Of a stretch of DNA of 64,000 bases, positions 10,653 through 21,333 are shown piece by piece. The stretch comes from Phyllosticta citribraziliensis (Eukaryota), in contig NW_027117342.1 in the NCBI RefSeq assembly GCF_038025025.1, positions 1,302,001 through 1,366,000 on the forward strand, read 5' to 3'. A program made the translations under genes and the position numbers. How positions within the stretch are numbered: the first letter of the stretch is position 1; each line of letters begins with the position of its first letter. Below the pieces are notes generated by a model. That model was not told the origin of the DNA. It searched no databases and saw nothing but the letters and a program-made list of their open reading frames with translations.

Positions 10653-13562
10653 ATGTCCGAACGTAACCTTCGCTCCGGCGCCAAACATGGTCGCTCGCAC
10701 TCGGACGCCACCAACGTGTTGCAATCAGCTCCCATTTCCAAGCGATCCAAGGGCAAAAACGTTGCGTCTTTCTCGGACAATCTTGAGACGACGACGGGCC
10801 CCGGAAAGGAGCATGACCAACTTTCCAGTACAAAGGGCTCTGTTTCTGCGGAAGACGTTGGATTCGATTATCGAAGGTCGCAAAAGCAGACGATGGCAGA
10901 CGCAATCAAAAACATCAAAATCCTCAACTCTCGGGAGAGAACGCCGTCTAATCCCCTGGTTCAACCATTCAGGGAGTTGTTGTCAGCCACCCCCTTGCAA
11001 GATCGGCAATTCAAGACTCGGGTGGTTGAGGCTCTCTCATCCCGTAGGGGCAACCCCCCCCGCTGGTACATCATTGCGGTGGAGAGCGACATACCCTACT
11101 ACTTTGCTCGGGTCCTCCAAAGCCAATTCAGTGAAGCCCAGGCTCAGCAAATGTGTCAGCTACTTGTCGATATCTTGAACCGGTGGCCTGGCAGTGAGGC
11201 GACGTTAGCCTCCAAAGAACCGATGTCGACCTGCAACGTCCCCGCTGATCATCTCCCCTTGATGGTGATGATGGAGACGCATTTATTCCCGAATAGGCCC
11301 ATTCGCATCAGATGTGCTTCCTACAGGGGGACCAAGCATCCGGTAACTGTCAGCCTTCAGATCAAGCTGATAGATCCCACCACAAGGAAACCCTACTTTT
11401 TCTCCCAAACGTACTCTGTATCTCAAATGCCGGCCAACGCCCAAGTTCCCGAAGTCGGCGACAATGTTGTTGTCAACTACGTTGGCAAGGCTCCAGACGC
11501 TTTCGAGGGAAAGGATCAGTCGGGCTCCTTCAGATCTAATTTGCCAGCTTCTGGAATCGACAACGCGACGAGATCGAAGCTCGAAAACTGCGAGCGGCTT
11601 CTTCGCCACCTTGCTGTTCGACTCTCTCAGACACTTATCAATGAAGATGCGGCGAAAGCCATTGGCGATCACCTTCTCGATACGCTCGCAGGAGGTCGCA
11701 AGACCTTGGTAAAATCTGGTCCTTACGGTAAAAAACGACTCGTGTACCCGATTCGATATATTCAGCGCCGTCTGTGGAAGATCGTACATGGGGAAAGCGT
11801 CCTCAAAGATGTGTCGGAACCGTTTCCACCTTTCTTTGTCTATTCACTCGACAGGAGATGGGTCATTCCAGTCATCGACATCATGGAGACGACATGGTTG
11901 CAGGGAGGAAGCCTCCACGAGGTCTGGACCGTCGGGGCTGAAGCTGCCGACAATGTCAATGCCCTGATCCGCACTGGTGACATGCCACCGGGGTCTTGCG
12001 ACTGTGGTCCCGAGTCGTCTCGATCAGAAATGCATCCCTGTCAAAAATGTGCAAAGCTTACGCCGTGCGCAGCTTTGACGTATGGCTTCTTGCGGTTTCG
12101 ATTATGTGCAACTTGCCACGAGCGGGACTCCAAGCAATCAATGTCGTTACCGGAGCAGCTGGCTGTCTTTTACGTCAAGAACATGCTGGACAGTAATGCT
12201 CGGAAGACTGGAAGAAGACACGGAGACTCAAGTGAACGTGCGAAAAAGGACGCGGCCGATGAAGTTTCTTCGATTTTCTCGGAGCATTCTCCAAATTCTG
12301 TTGAGTTCACTGACCAATACACTGGCTGCGTAGAGCAACTCTCCACGGATTCGTCCCATGGCAAGACCCCCAACGCTCTCACCATTGATGCAGTCTTTCC
12401 TTATGGATTCTTTCAAGAAACAGCCTTCATCCACTGTCGCGGAAACCTTGCCGTGACCACACTGGTCATGAACTACGCCAAACATATCCAAATCCCGGCG
12501 TTTCTCGTTGCATTGAAAGACTGGATTGTCGCGGAGCCAAATTGCCGAAACAACCCTGCACAACTCCAGCGATTGCAGTCCGATATGGTTGCACGTTGCT
12601 CCACACTTTCGGCTATTCGTCTCAAGGCAGCCTGGACCATCAAAGCCCGCGAACGTACCAAGTACAATCTCGGCAAGTATGAATACGATCGCGAAGAATG
12701 GCTCTCCGGAAAGCTTCGCAGTGGCGAAGCCGGCCCTTGGGACAAGCGGTCGGACCTCTCTCTGACAAGTGGCTTCAAAGTCCCCGCTGGCGATTTGAAA
12801 GGATGGCCTCAAGCTGAGATGAAGCGTATCAAACGAATCGTCCAAGAGATGAAGGCATGGTTTCAAGTCGATCTTCCTGAAAAGAACGGATGTCCATACT
12901 TCGCGCACCCCGACACCATGCCCTCAACCTGGTCTTGGGGCCTCTGCTTTGCCATTGTCACATGCCGGCGTATTCGAATGGAGTTGCATTGCAACCGCCA
13001 CTTCCCTACGGTCGACACCGCAGAGACCATTTACTTGGAATGTATCTTTGTTGCCCTCGTCACCATCTGTGTGATCAAATCGAATGACCCCGACAAAGCG
13101 CTCAAACTCCGGTACAAAGCCAAGTATCTCGAGTTCCTGCGACTTCCCCTGAACGTGCGGCATCACAACCCGCTGACTTTTGTTGTCGCGCACCGCATCC
13201 ACGGTGCACAGATGGCATCAGGTTGGCGACCAAGCCCGCAGAGTTTCTCAGACCGCATCGATTCACTCAACAACATGCTCATCGAAACGAGGACTTCGAA
13301 TTTTGCAAAGCACAACTTCGACAAGGACCACTGCGATCTCATCAAGCACATGCTCAGCCAAATCGATCTGCCGCTGACGGTCTATGACCCGAGTGTCAAC
13401 CTTTCTCCAGCCAACCGCAAATACCGGAAAGACTTCGAGACCGTCGACGACGACGAGGACCTTGACCTTGACGATGGTTTCGGGGAACTCCTTGATCAGA
13501 TGGAGGACGACGAAGACGACGACGTCATCGACGCCGATGAGGAGGAGGACGATGAGGACTAG
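10653..13562 (+). CDS. 969-aa intronless protein with Cys/His cluster and two HNH-like (His-Me finger) motifs; putative nuclease
   Basis: Uninterrupted 2.9 kb ORF; CDC..HPCQKC..C..CATCH (aa ~449-489); repeated motif N-x4-T-x3-N-[YF]AKH at aa ~600-611 and ~875-887; acidic tail. The ORF itself is certain; the nuclease function is inferred. Confidence 0.8.
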   Translation: MSERNLRSGAKHGRSHSDATNVLQSAPISKRSKGKNVASFSDNLETTTGPGKEHDQLSSTKGSVSAEDVGFDYRRSQKQTMADAIKNIKILNSRERTPSNPLVQPFRELLSATPLQDRQFKTRVVEALSSRRGNPPRWYIIAVESDIPYYFARVLQSQFSEAQAQQMCQLLVDILNRWPGSEATLASKEPMSTCNVPADHLPLMVMMETHLFPNRPIRIRCASYRGTKHPVTVSLQIKLIDPTTRKPYFFSQTYSVSQMPANAQVPEVGDNVVVNYVGKAPDAFEGKDQSGSFRSNLPASGIDNATRSKLENCERLLRHLAVRLSQTLINEDAAKAIGDHLLDTLAGGRKTLVKSGPYGKKRLVYPIRYIQRRLWKIVHGESVLKDVSEPFPPFFVYSLDRRWVIPVIDIMETTWLQGGSLHEVWTVGAEAADNVNALIRTGDMPPGSCDCGPESSRSEMHPCQKCAKLTPCAALTYGFLRFRLCATCHERDSKQSMSLPEQLAVFYVKNMLDSNARKTGRRHGDSSERAKKDAADEVSSIFSEHSPNSVEFTDQYTGCVEQLSTDSSHGKTPNALTIDAVFPYGFFQETAFIHCRGNLAVTTLVMNYAKHIQIPAFLVALKDWIVAEPNCRNNPAQLQRLQSDMVARCSTLSAIRLKAAWTIKARERTKYNLGKYEYDREEWLSGKLRSGEAGPWDKRSDLSLTSGFKVPAGDLKGWPQAEMKRIKRIVQEMKAWFQVDLPEKNGCPYFAHPDTMPSTWSWGLCFAIVTCRRIRMELHCNRHFPTVDTAETIYLECIFVALVTICVIKSNDPDKALKLRYKAKYLEFLRLPLNVRHHNPLTFVVAHRIHGAQMASGWRPSPQSFSDRIDSLNNMLIETRTSNFAKHNFDKDHCDLIKHMLSQIDLPLTVYDPSVNLSPANRKYRKDFETVDDDEDLDLDDGFGELLDQMEDDEDDDVIDADEEEDDED

Positions 13563-13704
13563 TGGTTTTGAGGTTGGCACTCTGGTGTTGGCAGCTTCTG
13601 GTGGGTGGTACTTCTGACGACGATGTCGCCTGATGGTGTCGTGAAAAGACTTTCCTTTTTTTCATGGTGTCATGACTGCATGTTGCGATTTGCTTTGAGT
13701 TTCA

Positions 13705-14001
13705 TTCAAGAAGGAAATATTGGCAGATTCCTGGAAGCTACTGCTGTGTGGGGTTTCTGGTGGTGATGGTGCCTCTAGTGGTGGTGGCGGCAGTGATTTT
13801 TCCTTTTTTTCTTTTGTCCCTTTCGCCTTTCTGTTTCCGAACATGTTTCAAGAAGGAAATATTGGAAGATTCCTGGAAGCTTCTGCAGTGTGGGGTTTCT
13901 GGCGATGATGGTGTCTCTGGTGGTGGTGGTGGTGGTGGTGGTAGCGCCAGTGGGGTTTCCGTTTTCCTCTTGTCCTGTCTTCCTTTTTGCTTCCGGTCAT
14001 G
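13705..14001. repeat. Imperfect tandem duplication, ~142-bp period
   Basis: TTCAAGAAGGAAATATTGG[C/A]AGATTCCTGGAAGCT.. begins at 13705 and again at 13847; copy 2 has an expanded (GGT)n. Confidence 0.9.
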
Positions 14002-14264
14002 TCATGAGTGCGAGGTGAGGTGTGCTTTGAGTTTTTAGATAGAAAAAAACGTTGGATGCCTGCTCACAGCCCAGCTGAGGTCCAATTGACATTGCTTCCA
14101 TTCATGTGCAATGTGCGCCTTGACACGGACTCAGGTGATGGAGCATAGAGGTGTGGACGCCCGAGGCGCGGTCAATCCTTGTATGAGGTCCGAAACATCA
14201 TGATCCAGGAGTCGAGATCTCGCCGAAACGTTCGCCGTCGCTGGAGAGAAGTGTCTTTTGACTA

Positions 14265-14348
14265 GGGATTCAGAGCAGCCTGCACCAGAAAGCCGGTCTC
14301 TCAGGGTGGCGCTGGCTCTTCATCATCGATGGTCTCATAACCGTGCCC
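14265..14348 (+). pseudogene. 84-bp fragment of a diverged homolog of the adjacent MFS transporter
   Basis: Encodes GIQSSLHQKAGLSGWRWLFIIDGLITVP versus GIQSSLHHKAGLSGWRWLFIIDGLITVP at 15307-15390; 11 nt differences, all at third codon positions. Confidence 0.95.
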
Positions 14349-14356
14349 TTAACCAT

Positions 14357-14440
14357 AAGTAGAAATGTGGGTCTTCTGACTCGCGCCCTTATCCTGCACG
14401 TCGACCACAACCCCGGGAAACCACTTATCAACCTATCGCA
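14357..14440 (+). promoter_or_regulatory. Direct repeat copy 2; GATA-rich promoter module upstream of the MFS gene
   Basis: Contains CTTATC twice and CCTATC once (GATA sites on the minus strand, AreA/Nit2-type) plus CCCCGG (CreA SYGGRG on the minus strand); ~210 bp upstream of the MFS ATG. Confidence 0.7.
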
Positions 14441-14648
14441 CTCCCTCACCCGCCAAGAGTTTTTCACTGGCCGCCACTGAGAGTCGGAGAAGTTCCTGAT
14501 TGTAGCGCTTGCTTAAAACTGCAGAGCGAGACGTGTCCCATGAGGCCGGTATCGGTTGATTTTTAGTTTTGTTCTCACAAGTCACTACATTCACTTTTCA
14601 GTCACGAAAAAGGTCAGAGAAGAGCAACCACGCGCTGAAGCAAAGAGC

Positions 14649-16340
14649 ATGGGATTTTCAGAGACTGTGAGGGCGTATTTTCGTCCCTCACAATCCACGA
14701 AAGAGGAACGCAAACTGGTGCAAAAGATCGACTTTTTCATCCTCACTTTTTGCTGTCTCAGCTACTTTTGCAACTATGTACTTTGGCCCTGAACCTCTCT
14801 CTGCTCTCGAACCTCTTCCAACCCCTGACGTATTTGCTGACCACTATATCTAGCTTGACCGTTCCAACCTCACAAATGCCTATGTCTCAGGGATGAAGGA
14901 GGACCTCTCCTTTCACGGGAACCAGCTGACCCAAATCAACACGTACGAGAGCAGATCTGCGACATTCCAACTATACAGATGCTGATGACATGCCAGCATC
15001 TTCTCCTGTGGCTACATTGTAGGCCAGATTCCGTCCAACCTGGCACTGCACTATGTCTCACCTCGAATTTTCTTCCCCTCGATGATGCTCATATGGGCCG
15101 CTCTCACCATGGCGACGGCTGGAGTGCACCGGCCAACCGACATCATGGCGATACGCTTCTTCCAAGGCATGGCCGAAAGCACAACATTCGTCGGGACGCA
15201 CTACATCCTCGGATCGTGGTACACAGCGCGCGAACTGGGAAAAAGATCCGGCATCTTCACCGCCAGCGGGCTCGCCGGAACTCTTTTCGGAGGGTTTATT
15301 CAGAGCGGCATCCAGAGCAGCCTGCACCACAAAGCCGGACTGTCCGGGTGGCGCTGGCTCTTCATAATCGACGGGCTCATCACCGTGCCTGTCGCCATCT
15401 ACGGCTTCCTCCTCTTCCCCAATACGCCCGCTACCACAACGGCCCCGTACCTGTCGGCGCGCGAACGCGCCCTCGCCCGCTCCCGCGTCCCTGCCGAGGT
15501 GGGCGCCTCGCACAACCAGGCAGACGGACACCAGGCGTCGCCACTGTCGTGGAGGTTCCTGCGGCGCGCGCTGACCTGCTTCCCGCTGTACGCGTTCGTG
15601 ATACTGTGGATCGTTGCGGGCGAGACCGAGTCGTTCAGCACCAACACGCTGCTGGCACTGTACATGAAGAGCTCGCCCACGCGGTCGTACACGGTGCCGC
15701 AGCTCAACGACTACCCGACGGGCGTGCCGGCCGTAGGCATCTTGTCGACCCTCTTCTTCGCCACGCTGACCGACATGCTCGGCGGCTGCCGTTGGATCGT
15801 TGGATACTGGATCGGCCTGACCGGCATCATCACCAGCGCCATGATTCTCGCTGCAAAGGCGAAGGGAGGCGACGAGGCCCTTATTTTCGCCGCGTATTAC
15901 TGGGCTGGCAGCGTCTACGCGTGCCAGGCCACGTTCTTTGCTTGGGCCAATGACGCGATGAGGGGCGAGGAGGCCATGCTGAGAGGCCTTGTCGTCGCGT
16001 GCATGAACATGGGAAGTAACGTAATTAACGCGTGGTGGGCCATTGTGTTCTACTCGGCCGATTTCGCCCCCTGGTTTACTGTGAGCCCAACCCCCCTTTT
16101 TCGCCAATGTCGTTTTTCAAAACTCCTGAAACTGACCTTTTGCAGCGCGGCATGTGGGCCATGATTGGCACGTCCATCGCCCTCGCCCTGTGGACGACCG
16201 TCCTGATATGGTGGACTCGCAAGACGAGAAAAGATCCCATGGCGTTTGTTGGTTCCGACGACGTCGTGGTCGAGGGGCAGCGAGGAGAGACATCGAGTGA
16301 CGTGGCAGACGGAGAGGAAGTGACGCCCGTAAAGGTTTGA
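14649..16340 (+). CDS. MFS transporter, anion:cation symporter family (pantothenate/allantoate permease-like, Liz1/Fen2/Dal5 group), 4 exons
   Basis: ERKLVQKIDFFILTFCCLSYFCNY|LDRSNLTNAYVSGMKEDL, LGSWYTARELGKRSGIF, GLSGWRWLFIIDGLIT. Confidence 0.93.
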
Positions 16341-16803
16341 GAGAAGTTTAGGGAAGAGTTGGAGCCTAGTCTATGTTTGGAGCATGCGTGGTGCTGTGAT
16401 ACCCTTAGTAGTCAAGTCGAAATTGCGACGGAAATGCATATGATCTTGAGCAGTCTTTCCGCGCTCGAGCGCGCACGCATGGTCCATTGACTCGAGGAGA
16501 TGCGTACTTCAACGAGGCTGTCATGGATTCAGCCTTGCACTGAAATTTGAGGGAAAGCACACAAACCTTGCAACCGCTCCTGGTCCAATATGGAACATCC
16601 AGATTGGAAAGTCTCGCTTTTCGACGCTATCGTATCTACACTGTCATTCGAACATGACGCCCTTTTCATGGCTCGTGTCGCCACATGAAATGAGTTTGCC
16701 TCGCTTGAAAAACACACCTCCTCCATCTGCTCAAACGCCTCGCTGTGCCAAGCGCCGTCCCAAAAGCTACCGTTGCTCCTTATGACTGCTCGTCTGCCTC
16801 CTT

Positions 16804-19800
16804 TCACTCTCTCGCCAACTGGGTGTTGATCTCCCACAAGCGCATCGTCTGGCCCTCCCTTGATCGCTTCTTGCTCGTCTCCTTTCCGCTCTGCTCTGTC
16901 AGGCGGATCATAGCCAAGCTCGACTGTGCAAACGCTTCGACAAGCTCCCGCATACGACCCGTGTCGACAAAAGTGCTGGACAGGGACTCGTTGCCCGGGG
17001 CAGCGATTGCGGTTGCGAGATCCATGCATCGGGTGATGTTGTCGCGGCCGACCATGTGCGCGGCGCTGTGGAGGACGCTGTTGTATGCGAGGATGACTTC
17101 GGGGAGATAGGCGCGGGAAATAAGTGCCAATGTTTCTCTCTCCATGTCTGCAAGATTGTTAGCTTTGTCAATTCCAAGGAACGCAAAGGCGAAAACGTAC
17201 CAACGCGCCAGCAGGTCAAGAAATTGTCGAGTAGTGGCTGCATAGCCTCGACAACACGTTCCAGTAAATCTCGAATCTTGTTCTTGGGAGGCATGGGCGC
17301 GCCATTGGCTTTCATCCTGGAGAAAAGTTAGCCTCCAGCTTTCAGTCTTGCCGAAATCCCGCTTACTTGATGAGTTCCTCTTCTTCGATCCTCCACTCGT
17401 CCAGCATTCTTATGGCGTGGATGAGCTGTTGACACTGATAGTAGACCCTTCCGGTGGTTTGGAGCGCCTGTCGGTACCAGGAAATGTCATGTTGGAAGCG
17501 GGGAGAGAGTGAGCCGCCTTGCATCTCGGCAGCAAATGGCTCATTGTCATCCATAATGTCGATTGCACGGTTTATGTGTTTCATGTACCGAGTCTTCAAC
17601 TTCGAGACTTGGATGCAGTTGAGACGGTCAATGAGCTTGACTGCTGAACCCAGTCGACCTTGCCTCAGGAATAGCTTTGCAGCCCCAGTCAAAGCGTCAA
17701 AAGTGTCTTCCCATCTTTCAGGAAGGTGCATGTACCACTCGCAACTCCGCATCAGCTGTTCGTCTTCAAGAGGCACATGTTCCGGCAAGAAACCCAAAGT
17801 TATACGATAACCAGGCCATTGATTGTGCTTGACTGGCTCCAAGATCGTGTACTTTTCAATGTTAGGGTGACCAGATTCCGCATTGGCGTACGACAACATC
17901 AGTTGCCGTTCGAGGACTTCGTCAACGTTGATGCCGTAGTCTTGCATCAACTTGACCTGAATCTGTTGCTCCTGATGGTTGCGAATGTCCGTGAGAGCTG
18001 AAGCAAGGGTCTTCAACGCGGTGTCCGGCGACAGTAGCGAGGCATACAGCGGAACAAGTTCAATCTTGCCAGCCATCCGCAAATATTCGATGTAGCCGAC
18101 CAAGACGCTTTCGTAAAAATGCACTCGGCTTGAACTGTGCCAGGGCATTCCCAGGCCCCTGAAAATAAGAAGAATGTGGGCGGCGATTCGCAGAGCGTCG
18201 TAGTCCCGAGCCAGGCGGACGAAGGGCTCTTCAACTGGCCTGTCTATTGCAGGGAGCAAGAACGAAGAGCCGTTTTCATTGGCAATTTGACACAAGGCGG
18301 CACCAAGTTGGCCAGCAATGCGGTCAAATGTCTTCGCGATCAAGGCACCCTGGATCATCTTCATTGGCTCCGCGCCCTCCACCATTGCCGTCTGGTGTCT
18401 GTGCAAGTGACCGATGATGAAGTCGTTTTCGTTGGTGGCATTGTCTTGAGGGTTCCACATGCTTGGTGGAGAGCGAAGGCGTGCGCTGGGTTTTACCGAC
18501 ATGAAAGGAAAGTTTTGATGCTGCCAGTGCTGGAACGAGGAGACGAGGACATTGTTGAGCCGCACGTGGAGGAAGTCGTCCCAAGTGTTGCATACCGGGT
18601 CCACAGATGCAATATCGCCGGCGAGAAATCCAAAGACGGCCGCTTCGTACTCGTTCTGGCCGCCCAGGGCCGCGGCATAACAGGTGTGACGCCACAGCTC
18701 GCCGCAGTTTCTGCTTCGTGCCGAGTTTCTTCGGTCCTTGCCGTCAAAGTCCTCGTTTGGAAACGACTTGCCCAGAGCAACAGCCCGCCACTGCTCGTTG
18801 CGCTCAGAGCACCACTCCCAAATGGTCTGCCAGGACGCACCGCGCCTTAGCATTTCCCAAAGAGACATCCAAATCGCCTTTTCATATTCTTCGTCTGCTT
18901 TTTCAAGAGCGCGTATCTGGCGGCTCGGCGCGTCTGGGTCGAGGTGTGAGACGAGGGGTTCGCCGGTGTCGTTGCGCTTTACTTTGGACAGCGCGTTGCG
19001 ATCCAATGGGTGCATGCGCTTTTCGTGCTTCAGCCTAGATTTGGTATCTTGCCATCCTTTGGACCAAGTTCCGGCGCCTCGTCCAAACTTTTGATCCACC
19101 ATGACCGAGACGTCCTCGTTGGCCTCATCGGCTGTTGTCTCCAACCAGCGCAGGATAAGATCTTTTTCGCGAGCCGTATCGTCCTCCACGAGAAAGCGAT
19201 CCCACACCTGGCCTGGGTCCGAGTACTTGTCAATCCTCGTCCTGGCCAAGAGGTCTTGCTTAATCCTCGAAATGTCTGTTCCTGGCTCCTGGTAGTTGTG
19301 CTCGACCATGATGCGGAGCAATTCCCAAGTAGCGACCTCGGCTTTGGACTGCTCGAGGAGTGTCCGCGTGTCGCCTGAACCGATGCCGACGTCTTCTTCC
19401 ACAGACTGAATTATCTCTTCTTCCCGAACTCTTTCCAAACGCTTGTTGGGTGCACCGCGCAACTCCTGTGCCAGCCTCTTTTTCAGGGAGCGTACGTTGA
19501 CTTCAGCCTCAGCTTTGAGTCGGAATAATAGATCCATTGTGGCGCGATGATTGGTCAAAGACGTCGCGTTGTCGTCGGCAATGGTCCTCACCCAGGTGTC
19601 CACGTTCTCGGCAAATTTCTCGACTTCTTTGCCCACGCGCTCAGCCATTGCTTGCAGTGGATGGAGGTCTTCATCACGCGGGCGGTACATGAGGCTGAGG
19701 GTATTGGTCGTATCGGCTTCGCGCGCAATGTTTTCGTCCAAGTCTGGTCGCAGCCTTCTGTGCGGCTGTTGCAGGTCTCGCGACCTCCGGTATAGGGGAG

Positions 19801-19804
19801 CCAT
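16804..19804 (-). CDS. NUP84: Nucleoporin Nup84/Nup107, 3 exons
   Basis: LVSHLDPDAPSRQ, WEMLRRG..WCSERNEQWRA..LG, YEAAVFGFLAGD, TWDDFLH, terminal YLPEVILAY; GT-AG introns near 17366-17319 and 17200-17149. Confidence 0.92.
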
Positions 19805-20288
19805 GGTGAGGAAAGCTCGTGGCACGGAGCAGGTGAGTGACAAAGAAGGGGATGTCGAATTAGGCGGAGCAGCGCTGGGTTGCGCCGGACAGGTGTGGGG
19901 GAACAGCAAAGACACGCGCGAACGACGGTGATGCGTCGAGGAAGCTCCAGCACGCGCTAGGGCTCAATGAGTGCTAGTGCAGCCGGAGAACAGCCAGACG
20001 CCTGCGGGCGGTGACCATGGTGCTTAGTCATAACCTAAAAATTCTCGTCTATATCTTCGCGTCGCACTCTGGACTCTCTTTCCCCATTACAATGTCTTTA
20101 ACCAAGGTGGTCTTTTAGAGTCGCTATTCAACACTTTCTCAATTTTTGAATGGTGCTCACGACCACCTGAGAGCGACGCGCCTCGTCTACTTATTGCTCG
20201 ACCCCCTCGGGGGACTGAGAGTCAGTTCAGGAATATCTTGGCGTAACATTGCATTGTGTCTGTCTACATGTTGAGGTGGAATTGGGCT

Positions 20289-20747
20289 TCAGCCCGTCTG
20301 TCCTCTCTGCTTCATCTTGAGTCTGGTGAAGTCAGCGGGAGACCAGGGACGAAAAGCCTTTGTCGAGCCGACGCACCTGAGGAGCGGTGCCTTGGGGCAG
20401 CTCACGCAACTCGCGTCGTCGCCGTTCTTTTGGTAGAAAGCGTTGCAGCACTCGTACAGCGCGTCAATCTCGTCTGTGTCAGCCATCTTTTCTGCGCGGA
20501 CATGCGAAGACGGCTACCTGCTTCTGGCACTTGTCCTCTTGGTAGCCGGACCGCTGCAGGCAGTCTGACAGCATCACATCAGCACACGAGACCGACAGTG
20601 CAAAGCTTTCAACACACCTTGGATTGCGCAGGCTCTGGGGTGGCATGGCGGATCTGTCTTGAGGTCTTGTTCGTATCCTGGCTGGAAGCAGCTCGTCAGC
20701 ACTCACCCCTTGATGACTTGCGGCCGTGAGTCTAGGTTTGATACCAT
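20289..20747 (-). CDS. CMC4: Mitochondrial twin Cx9C protein Cmc4 (MTCP1/p8-like), multi-exon
   Basis: Spliced DPPCHPRACAIQ|DCLQRSGYQEDKCQKQ|IDALYECCNAFYQKNG..CVSCPKAPLLR|LKMKQRG; the exact start codon is uncertain. Confidence 0.88.
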
Positions 20748-21333
20748 GATTGCTGGAGATGCAAGAAACAAAGATCTTTCTTAGTTGAAATAATGAACCA
20801 GAGGCATGGGAACAAGAGTCTAGAAGGGCAAAGATATCATGGCGCGCATCATGAGGCACCGTGACGCAACAAGCTACGGGCGAGTCCCGGGTCTTCCACT
20901 TCCCTGCCCTAAGACCTGACCGTCCACTGGGTGTCGGCTCGGCTTGCCAGTACCAACCCCACCGGGCACCGCAACTTCCAGACCATCCTCCACACCTCTC
21001 TCTCCAGCCTTGCAAACGCTCAACAATCAAACCTTTGCTCTAGCGTCTACTTCACTACCCAACTGGTCTACAGGTGAGCTTGCACCCTTCTCCTGCACCC
21101 TCCTCTCCACTCTCCCACCCTATCCACACTCAGCGCGTCATCTCTCGACCCAACACCTCCGGCCCCGTCTATCGATTCACAATTTCTGCGCAATGCTTCC
21201 AACACCCGACACCACAGCACAAGGCCCGCCCAAGGCTCAAGAGGCTGACCAGAGCGAACTAACTCCAAGTCAAACAGCCCAACGCGCAACCTCACCTCCA
21301 TCGACTGCTCTAGAGCCTCCAACCACCGACAAC

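Noticed and set aside
8525..14264. Canonical transposon or Starship
   Set aside because: No DDE transposase, reverse transcriptase or DUF3435 tyrosine-recombinase motifs were recognised, no TIR or LTR was seen, and the block is far smaller than a Starship.
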